From: Eledone cirrhosa
Taxonomy: Eukaryota
DNA length: 64,000 nt
NCBI GenBank assembly: GCA_964016885.1
Contig: OZ024740.1
Location: 201,562,001 to 201,626,000, forward strand
Reading direction: 5' to 3'
Below the pieces are notes generated by a model. It worked only from the letters and a program-made list of their open reading frames with translations, was not told the DNA's origin and searched no databases. The position numbers were made by a program, and so were the translations under genes. Shown here piece after piece: positions 1 through 10,119 of this stretch. Every line of letters starts with the position of its first letter. Within the stretch, counting starts at the first letter, position 1.

Positions 1-1917
1 CAACTAAAATCCCTTCAAGCCAGTGCTCCTGCATGGATGTAGTCTAATGACTGAAACCAGTAAAAAGAAAAGAAAAAAAAAGAATATTCCGTATGTCAAT
101 AGATTTAGGATTTTGATGGGTTAAAGTAGTTATCCAATATAGTTGGATTATATTTTAAATTCGTAAAGTCTGTAAAACTGATTGGAGATCCAGGTGAAGA
201 TAATGATAAATATTTCCAACACAGTTATTAAATGAGAAACAAAAGAAGATGGAAAACTAACAGAGCATTAAGAGGCGGTGTTTATAGCTGGAAATATGCT
301 TTGCTAATAAGTTGTTTTCCTTCTTTTATTTTAAAGTTGTTGTTGTGGTTGTTGCTGCTGCTGATGTACATATTATACAAGAGAGCATGATAATATACTC
401 TGTATATTATGGAAAAATAATTCCATATGTAGGGTCATTTAGGTTAGCAATGGATCTAACAGCAATATAACCATCATACATTTTCAAAAAATTATAGTAA
501 TTGAACCAATACTACTAACCTGGTACCGCTGTAGTTTAAACAGTTGACTGGAAACTTAATAAGAGGTAGGTAAGTAGAGAGGGAGTTAAAACATAAAACT
601 CTAATCTATAACTGTAGCTGCCTGTTGTTGTATTCTTACGGCTGAAGTGTAAATGTTTATCAGCAGGGCAATGTAAGTGATTATGTAAGTAAATAATAAT
701 AAGCAGTTATAATTCATTGAATCCTTTCTTCAAGACACTATTTAATGTTATCTACTGGCTTTTGGCCAACATCTGAGAAAGAGATGGAGAACAACAACAA
801 AAAAACAAAGGACGGATGAAAGAAGCAAACGTTAGTGAGATAAGTGTGGTAGGGAAGGCTATTTCAGGAAAAGGACAAACAACAACAAAACAACAAATAG
901 TGGTTGGACCAAAATGGAAATGGGTTCGGCTTCCATAATAGGCTATCAGAGAGAAGTAAGTGGAAGAAATAGGAAGGACAAGAATTTATGTTATTGATAA
1001 TATAACCATGACCTATTACAGTGGATTTTAGATCTTTACATGTTTGAAAATGTTACATTCTTGGTGACTTCTACTGGTTTATTACATATTCTGTATGAAA
1101 TGCAAAGTCCTTTTTATTCAAGAAATAAACACAAGCATTTGTTTCTTCTGAATCAAATTCTACTCTACTGCTTCTTAACAAAACCTATTTTACCCAAATC
1201 CATGTGAGTGAGCTACTACAATGGATGGCAAGGAGCCAGTGATAAAGAGGTGGTATTATTTACTTAGACTTTAATTCCTTTTCTGTTTATAAGACAGCAG
1301 TGACATCATAGCTAGAGCTATAGTAACAACATTAGCTAGCATCAGGAGGCAAGTTATTCCACAGATGCCAACAATAAGGCATGTTATCAACAATGAAGCA
1401 GGAATTGAGAGATAGAAGATATTGCCATAGGGTAAAGAGGTAAAAATATCAAAACACCACCACTAAGTACTCCTCACAATCAACATGAAGATAGTGATTA
1501 ATTAAATTCAGCTTCATGTCAAGTGAATGTGAAATAAACTCCAGAGAAAGAAATAGTGGAGATAAAACAGCACACATTTTCAAATGTTCTACTTGAAAAC
1601 AGAAACAACAGCTAAATTCGACTACAATGAAGGACATTCATTCTATTGAAAACTAGAAGAATTACAATATTTGGGGATAGATAAAAACAGTTAATCTGTG
1701 GGAGATATTGATTATGTGGGACATAAACAAACATGTTAAAATTTTAATCAAAATTTTGAGGGTTTCAATATCGAATGATAATTTTCAACAGCTAAACTGG
1801 GGGACATATTGTTTATGTAGGACAAAAAAAAACAGCACCCTTTGTTTTGAAATATCAAAAGGCTGAGCACTATCATATGTAGGGGATATAATTTTTTTTT
1901 TTTTTGACTTCAACATC

Positions 1918-4312
1918 ATTTTTTTTTTTTTTTAAAACACTTTAGTCTTTATTGTGTTGTATCAGATGAAAGAATGGTATTTAACTAATGTATTGGTACA
2001 CGATGGGGCCCACCCACAGCCCCGGCGGACAGAATGGAGAAGGTGTTTCCCCGGAGGACGGCAAGGGAGATGTGCTGGAAAAGCCACTCCAACTCGCGGG
2101 GCTCACACCTGCGGCTGGCCAGCTCAGCGCCTATGGTGGTGAGTATGGAGGTAGCCCTGGGGCCGAAGACACCAGAAGTCTCCACTGCCAGGGGAACGAC
2201 CGCAAACCTGTCAGAGAGCAACCGGTATTTGAGGAGTTTGGCCCCCTCAGCCCGACGTGCAGCAGAACCTGGGTCAGTCGCAGACTGCACCAGGTTGCGG
2301 CTGCAGAAAGTGTCGGTGCAAGTGGCATCCCAGACGAGGGATGGGAAGATGGTCATGCCATCTGGCCTTTTGCCGTCCCCTCGATCCAGCCCCACCGGCT
2401 CGAGCTGGGAAGGGAAGCCTGCAGTGTCCAAGCCATGCTTAATGACCTCGTTGAGGGCAGCATGGCGTGGAATGCGGCCGGCACTGTGGCGACAGTCCAC
2501 GGTGGAACCGCAGCGACATTGGTGTGGCTGGCAGATCCGGAGGCCGAGCCTCAGGGAAACGCCAGTTCGCAGGCTATGGTTGTCTAGCTGCGTGCCAATG
2601 GAGAAGGAGGGCAGAGCATGGAGCCAGGCACTACTGTGGGGTTTGGAGGCCACACGAAAACAAGCAAGGCGGTGCTGGTCAAGCTGGCGCGTGAGCCTGT
2701 CTGAGGCCAGGCTGCACTGGATGGCATCCCAAGTGCATTGGGGGGACTTGACGTCAACAGGGGGGGGAGGGGGCAAGGAGGGACATCTTTGGGCTAAGTC
2801 CCAGCTGGTCCCACGTCTCACAGGCGGCCTCACGTTCTCTGAACACAGAGGGTTCTGTTGTGTTTTGAAGAACCCTGCTGACGAGGACGTGGCACAAGGT
2901 TACAGACGAAAGATACCCCGGAAAAGCTAGTGAGATCGGGGACCGGAGGCCAAGGCCACCATACCTGACCGGTAAAGTGGCCTCTTGCCACCCTATGTCG
3001 TCAAACTTGACGTTGCATATCCGCTCGGCTGCTGCTCGGATACAAGTATCAAGGTCAGCGAAGAGAGATGTCTGGGTGTAGCATGGAGCACTGCGGAGTG
3101 TATAGAGGAGCTTCGGCATGGCGAAGCAGTTCCTCAGAAGAAAGAGAGCTGGGTGGCCGTCAATCAAGCCCAGTCGGCTCGTGAGAGTCTGGAGCGGTTG
3201 AAGCCTGGACCTGGTGGTGGAGCGGATGGTGGAGCGGATGGCCGGCGGGTGGATCATCCTCTTTGGGGGTCACCTGAACCTGGCGGAGGGTGGACCGCAC
3301 GTCCAAGACGGAGGCTGCAAAGCTCGCAGCATCGAGGCTGACGTTCACCACCTCCGACTTGGCCGATTTGACCTGGAGGCCGATTCCCGCCAGGGCAGGA
3401 ATCACCGATTGAAGGTCTTGGCAGACCGTCCATACGGACCCGCCCAACGTAGCATCATCCAGATACCAAACGTTGAGAGGGGCCATGATACTCCGGGCGA
3501 TGTGGTCAATACCAAGGGCGAACAGGAGGGGTCCCAAAGGGTCACCCTGTTGGACCTCAGTAGCCGAGGGTATGACCGTATCAGCAGCTAGGAGCATGCT
3601 CGGGGCTCCATATGACAGGTAGGCCAGCGGGTAGGCAGAGGGGGCTCGGCTGAGGCAGGCCTCGAGCAGATGATCCCGGTGTAAAGAGTTAAAGTCATTC
3701 CTCATGTCAAGCTTGACAATGAGGTGACTGAAGTCCCTGGATGCCGGTACCGATGGGCAGCTGCTGAAGAAGTGCCTGATTGTATGAGCGGCTCCCTCAC
3801 AGCCACCGGACACGCCGACACCCAGTTGCACCGGACTAAACTCCTCACCCAGTTCGTGTGTGACGGACTTGCAGATCACCTTGGCAGCGAGCCTCCGGAA
3901 GACATTGCCCACAGCAATGGGGACGTATGCCATCCTCTTTCTTCCTGAGAGCGGTGAGGCTGGCCAAAAAAAAGAGGCCTCGGGCATAAGGGTCGAGGGC
4001 ACCATGAATGAGCCTATTGGTGAGTGCCACAATTGCATTCAGAAGGCTGCGCCCGGCCTCAGGGGAGAGGTGGGATGTCAACTCCTTGAGGTCGCCTGGT
4101 CGGAGACCATCAACACCTCCGCAACTGCTAGCTGGGAAGGACCTGATGGCGGACATGATATCTGCATCAGTAGCCACAAGGATCAGGTGGGGTCGGGAGG
4201 GGGTATGTGTCTGAGATCAGTGGGTGGCTCAGGGTGTTTGAGCCGCAGAACAGCCAGGACCTCCTCGGTGGGTTGGAGATCAGTGTCCTCTGAGGCAACA
4301 ACTCTGTGGTGT
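1918..4312 (-). mobile_element. 5'-truncated, frameshifted CRE-like non-LTR retrotransposon (RT + restriction-like endonuclease) with poly(A) tail
   Basis: Overlapping minus-strand ORFs 3845-4177, 3160-4038, 2754-3257 and 1985-2833 give RT motifs (PIAVGNVFRRL, KLDMRNDFN, QQGDPLGPLLF, WYLDD, GGLGL) and RLE motifs (CRCG...RH, GKRPDG...WDATCTDT, K..KY, PLAVETSG). A minus-strand AATAAA lies near 1948-1953 and poly(A) at ~1919-1933. Visibly more GC-rich than the flanks. Confidence 0.85.
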
Positions 4313-4833
4313 CAAGATAAAGATGCAGGTGAACACACACAGACACACACACACAAACACACACACACACACACACACAGCTTCTCTATTTTGTGTCTAC
4401 CAAATTTCACACACCACGCGTTGGTCAGATCAAAGCAACAGTAGAAGATATGTGTGCAAGATACCACAGTGTGAGATTGAACATGAAACCACAAGGTTTT
4501 GAAGTGAATTTCTGAACCACAAAACTATGCATACACCTGACAAGGCTTGGGTCTAACCAAGCCATGTCAAGGATTCAAAAACATTGAAAAGTTATTTGAA
4601 AGGACAATGACTCTTTTGTCTAAATTGACATAGCATATCAACTCAATGAAAATATAATAGAAAACCATATAGCATTCTTATACTAAATGTTTAGCAGTAC
4701 TTATACTAGAACACACTACCAAAGTGTGTGGAACATGTTTATGCGAGACAAACAAAAAGCAGAAGTTGATAGCAAACAGCTTGAAACCACCCAATATTAT
4801 GATTCAGGAACACACATACATTACACATATATA

Positions 4834-4889
<56 letters not shown>

Positions 4890-4894
<5 letters not shown>

Positions 4895-6086
4895 GTAGAA
4901 CACTGGAAGGTAATATCCGTAGTGGTAGAGCACTCAGTCCATGGGACGAGTTAGGTAGAAGTGGTTACACAACAGTTAGTTCACCATACCGAGAACAATT
5001 GTTTCACCTTAGTGGATCCTCAGCTCGTAATGGACATGGTTATATGGAACAGGAAGGACAACCGTACGAACGTGCGTGCGCAGGAACGATCACTTCACAC
5101 AGGCAATACTAAATTGCGTGCGAGAGGTGTAAGGGAGATAACTGCGAAAGTTCGAAAGTTTCTAGTTGATAAGAAAATTAGGATGTAGTAATTCAATCCA
5201 GAGCTTTGTAGTTATGTAAGAGGTGTTTCCAGACGTGTGGACAACGTGTGAAGAATTCATTTCTTGTGTTTAGGCAATCACTATTGCGTAATCTCTTTAA
5301 AATATTTATTCGTTCATCAATACATAGTCCACACGACGGATTGCCCCTTGCGTATGGCTTGGACTTAGTGATGGCTTTCCATTGAATGGAATAGTCTATA
5401 CTTGAGTCCTTGAGGGACCATACGTGGCTCGCGAGTTTCGTTGATGAACGTCTGTCCGGGTACCCAAAGGTCAACTGGTGGTTCAGGAAGCGTTCCTTAA
5501 ATCGGCCCTCCGCCATACCCACATAGGATTTGACCTCCTGTGGTTGATTTGGTCGGTTGGAAGTGACAACAGCTTCATAAACTACAGCGGGTGTGTTGCA
5601 TTGCTGTTGAAGGGGACAAGCTTTGGGCTTATGGCAAGAGAACCCTGGTGGGGTGTTACTCTTAGGGATGTTGGTGATGTTCACAAGGACTCATGCCACC
5701 CTTCCACTTTTTTTAGAAATTTTGTAAATAATATCAGTACTAGAATCTCAAACCTCTCCTCTAATAAGGCTATCTTTGACAGGGTGGCACCCTACTATAA
5801 CACGGCGTTAACTAACAGCTGCTTCTCGCAACCTATCACTTACTCTCCCACTAACAACAACAGCAATAAGAAAAGAAAGCGTAACAATAGACAAACTATC
5901 TGGTTCTCTCCTCCCTTCTCACTCAACGTTAAAACTAATGTAGGCAAAAAATTTCTAGCCCTCTTAGATAGACACTTTCCCATAGGTCATAAATACCGCT
6001 CCATTTTTAACCGACACAAAGTAAAACTAGGATACTCCTGCGCTAAGAACATGAAGGCCCACATCACCAACAGCCCTAAGAGCAAC
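4890..6086 (-). mobile_element. Penelope-like element fragment: GIY-YIG endonuclease ORF plus 3' pLTR on minus strand, with the upstream thumb/linker part inverted (5684-6086 on plus)
   Basis: ORF 5193-5684(-) has CPL..C..AVVY...SYVGMAEG.FKERF.NH (GIY-YIG variant), CGLC..E and LN.RNE..CPH. Plus-strand 5684-6086 encodes HP...ISTRISNLSS...IWFSPPFS.NVKTNVGK.FL.LLD.HFP...IFNR..VKLGYSC..NM, typical of the PLE thumb-linker region. Confidence 0.85.
4990..5027 (-). ncRNA. Minimal type I hammerhead ribozyme in the Penelope 3' pLTR
   Basis: Minus strand reads CGAG-CTGAGGA-T CC ACTAA GG T-GAAA-C AATT G-TT-CTCG: stem I CGAG/CTCG, CUGANGA and GAAA core, palindromic stem III (AACAATTGTT), predicted GUU cleavage site. 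Confidence 0.75.
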
Positions 6087-6614
6087 TACTTGCTCTTCAC
6101 ATGGATGTGTATATAACAAAACATATACTTTTTTAGACGATACGGATGTGTATATACCAAAACATACACTATTTACAATTCAATCGATACACGTATAGCA
6201 GAACATTGAACTGAATTTACTTGCATGTGTATAGGGTTGCGGTTGACCCAATTTCTCCAATTTACATCGTCAAATTGAGATTTGACCAATATAACATTTG
6301 TTGTTTTGTAAACTAACTTTCGGTGAATGCTATGTTGGTATATATATATATATTTTCTTCGACCTCGCGTCGGTGTGTGTGAGTGTGTGTGTACTCACTC
6401 ACACTAACTGTGACCGACTGTAATTCTAAAGATTTGATGTTGAGATTAGACCCGTCCAGCATCTTTTACAGAGATAGAGACTTGATAGTTTTATGACCCT
6501 AACTGAGGACAAATAGCAGTCGCCGTGTTTTGGCTGCTTAATCTTCATATGGGGGACAAAACTCTAGTGAGTGAACATCGTTAAATTTTCTCCCTCATAT
6601 CAAGGATTTGAAGA

Positions 6615-6710
6615 CAATTCATTTTCACCTGACGAGATCAGTGATAATCGAACATGGCCGCACGATCGATCTATCTCTTATTGAAACATGTGTCGTGATT
6701 AAAATGATTG
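6615..6710 (+). ncRNA. Type I hammerhead ribozyme with long stem II region, in a TA-flanked segment (~6353-6880)
   Basis: CAATTCATTTTCAC-CTGACGA-(47 nt)-GAAA-C ATGT G-TC-GTGATTAAAATGATTG: extended stem I (CAC/GTG, TCATTTT/AAAATGA, CAA/TTG), palindromic ACATGT in stem III, GUC cleavage site. Confidence 0.7.
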
Positions 6711-7072
6711 GCAATTTATATCATGCCTTCGGATCTTTATTTTGATACAAATACTCGTTTTACATCATGTAGCTGTTCCCATAAATGGAATTGGAGATAT
6801 ACAAAAGCGTAGAGAACTTAATATTGCTAACAAAAGTTTATTGGACCGTATGAAACAACCAATAATACACCTTACTATATAACTATGTGTGTATATATAT
6901 ATATATATATGTTTGTGTATATCTATATATTAATTTGAACAAGCCACACATATATATATATACATACATATACACACACACATATATATACATATACACA
7001 CACACATATATATATATATATATACTATATATACATATATACACACACATATAAATATACATATAATTAACA

Positions 7073-8535
7073 ATGAATATAGTGAAGAGTTTAGTGTAAA
7101 AGTTGGTGTTCATCAGGGCTCCGTCCTTAGCCCCCTCCTATTTATTATCTATTTATTATTGCCCTCCAAGCTATAACGGAGGAGTTCAAGACCGGCTGCC
7201 CATGGGAACCTCTATACGCAGATGATCTAACGCTCATAGCCAAATCAATGGCTGAACTAGAGAAGAAATTCCAAACATGGAAGCATGGCTTAGAATCAAA
7301 AGGCCTTAAAGATAACTTGTTCTAAGACTAAAGTCCTAATATGTAGGAAGGAGAATAAGGCACTGGTCCCATCTGGGAAATGGCCATGCTCAGTGTGTAG
7401 GAAAGGAGTAGGCAGAAACTCCATTTTATGTCCCAAATGCAAAGTATGGGTACATAAAAGATGTAGTGGGATCACAGGTAAGCTAACTAAGAATATAGAT
7501 TTTATATGTGGTCAGTGCTCTGGTGCAATAAGTAGCAGCAAGTGCCCACAGAATACTAGCTCATTCCATTGCCCACATGGTTGTATAGAAATAGTGGACA
7601 CCTTCCGTTACCTGGGTGACAAAATCAGCAGTGGTGGAGGGTGCTCTGAAAGTACTGTAGCTAGAGTTCGAACGGGATGGAAAAGGTTCAGAAAGCTTAT
7701 ACCACTATTGGCCGCTAAAGGTTTCTCTCTAAAAATAAAAGGCAGGCTGTATGATACCTGCATACGAACAGCGATGTTACATGGCAGTGAGACATGGGCC
7801 TTGTGTGCAGAGGATCTACGCAGACTGGAGAGGAACGAAGCTTGCATGCTCCGTTGGATGTGTAATAGTAATATATGCGAACGGCAAAGCATAAATGAAC
7901 TAAGTGAGAAATTAGGAATAAGAGGGATCAGATGCTGTTTACTCGAGAGGAGACTACGTTGGTATGGTCACGTGATGCGCATGAAAGATGATAGCTGTAT
8001 CAAAAAGTGCAGGGCGATCAAAATAGACGGTAAAAAACCTGGGACGACTTGATAAAATCTCACCTCACACACTTACACGTCTCCAAGATAATGTCACTGG
8101 ACCAAAATCTTTGGCGCTACGTAGTAATACAGAAGACCCGCCTTGCCTAAGTACAAAGCGAAACCTACAGTCAGTAGGCACCTCTTAACCAAAATACACC
8201 CCCGTCCCAACCCTACCCCCTCCTCCATCTACACCACACCTTTCGATGTAAAGCTATGTTGGTACCACAACATCCAGTCCTAAATAAATGAGGTCATGTA
8301 GGTGTCACGACAAAAAAACACACAGTCCACGCTGTAATGTGGCTGTGTAGGTAACATGGTAAAAACCTCCCAGTCCACACTGTAAACGTGGTTGGTGTTA
8401 GGAAGGGTATCCAGCTGTAGAAAATCCGCCAGACAGTCCTAGCGAGCAAGACAACCACTCTTGCCTCAAGTGGGACAATTCCCGTCCAGACCCATGCTAG
8501 CGTGGAAAATGGACGTTAAACGATGATGGTGATGA
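7073..8535 (+). mobile_element. 5'-truncated RTE-clade LINE (RT C-terminal half with PHD-type finger) and 3' tail ending in (TGA)n
   Basis: Translation gives VGVHQGSVLSPLLF, LYADDL, FRYLGD, MLHGSETW and RRLRWYGHVMRM (ORF 7393-8052). The start is frameshifted. The 3' end resembles the SINE tails in this window (GGTTGGTGTTAGGAAGGG...TGATGA). Confidence 0.88.
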
Positions 8536-8574
8536 TATATATATACACACACGCACACACATATATATATATAT

Positions 8575-10119
8575 ATTGGAATAAATGCTCTGAAATAGCG
8601 ATATATATGTGAATATAGACATAGAATATTCGAAAATATTCTGTATGTTTATAATAAACATTTTGAAGACCTAATCGCTATAGAATAGAATACGTCACGT
8701 ATTACAATTAGATTCTCGATAAAAGCAAGGGAAGTAATCTACGCGTTTCATTCTCGTTAGAAATCATCAGGACTACATATCCAGTGCTTTTATCGAGAAT
8801 GACACAGCTAGAGACTTATAGAATACTTAGCTGTGTACAGGAACTGGTTTGAAAGAGCGGTTGCCGGTCCGGCAGAAATTAGAAATTGGAATAAATGCTC
8901 TGAAATAGCGATATATATGTGAATATAGACATAGAATATTCGAAAATATTCTGTATGTTTATAATAAACATTTTGAAGACCTAATCGCTATAGAATAGAA
9001 TACGTCACGTATTACAATTAGATTCTCGATAAAAGCAAGGGAAGTAATCTACGCGTTTCATTCTCGTTAGAAATCATCAGGACTACATATCCAGTGCTTT
9101 TATCGAGAATGACACAGCTAGAGACTTATAGAATACTTAGCTGTGTACAGGAACTGGTTTGAAAGAGCGGTTGCCGGTCCGGCAGAAATTAGAAATTGGA
9201 ATAAATGCTCTGAAATAGCGATATATATGTGAATATAGACATAGAATATTCGAAAATATTCTGTATGTTTATAATAAACATTTTGAAGACCTAATCGCTA
9301 TAGAATAGAATACGTCACGTATTACAATTAGATTCTCGATAAAAGCAAGGGAAGTAATCTACGCGTTTCATTCTCGTTAGAAATCATCAGGACTACATAT
9401 CCAGTGCTTTTATCGAGAATGACACAGCTAGAGACTTATAGAATACTTAGCTGTGTACAGGAACTGGTTTGAAAGAGCGGTTGCCGGTCCGGCAGAAATT
9501 AGAAATTGGAATAAATGCTCTGAAATAGCGATATATATGTGAATATAGACATAGAATATTCGAAAATATTCTGTATGTTTATAATAAACATTTTGAAGAC
9601 CTAATCGCTATAGAATAGAATACGTCACGTATTACAATTAGATTCTCGATAAAAGCAAGGGAAGTAATCTACGCGTTTCATTCTCGTTAGAAATCATCAG
9701 GACTACATATCCAGTGCTTTTATCGAGAATGACACAGCTAGAGACTTATAGAATACTTAGCTGTGTACAGGAACTGGTTTGAAAGAGCGGTTGCCGGTCC
9801 GGCAGAAATTAGAAATTGGAATAAATGCTCTGAAATAGCGATATATATGTGAATATAGACATAGAATATTCGAAAATATTCTGTATGTTTATAATAAACA
9901 TTTTGAAGACCTAATCGCTATAGAATAGAATACGTCACGTATTACAATTAGATTCTCGATAAAAGCAAGGGAAGTAATCTACGCGTTTCATTCTCGTTAG
10001 AAATCATCAGGACTACATATCCAGTGCTTTTATCGAGAATGACACAGCTAGAGACTTATAGAATACTTAGCTGTGTACAGGAACTGGTTTGAAAGAGCGG
10101 TTGCCGGTCCGGCAGAAAT
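8575..10119 (-). repeat. Left arm of 310-bp tandem array, ~5 units, hammerhead sense on the minus strand
   Basis: ATAAATGCTC recurs at 8581, 8891, 9201, 9511 and 9821. The reverse complement of the hammerhead core (TCATCAG) is at 8764, 9074, 9384, 9694 and 10004. Confidence 0.97.

Noticed and set aside
1988-4444. Long plus-strand ORFs
   Set aside because: Antisense shadows of the GC-rich CRE-like element; the recognisable motifs are on the minus strand.
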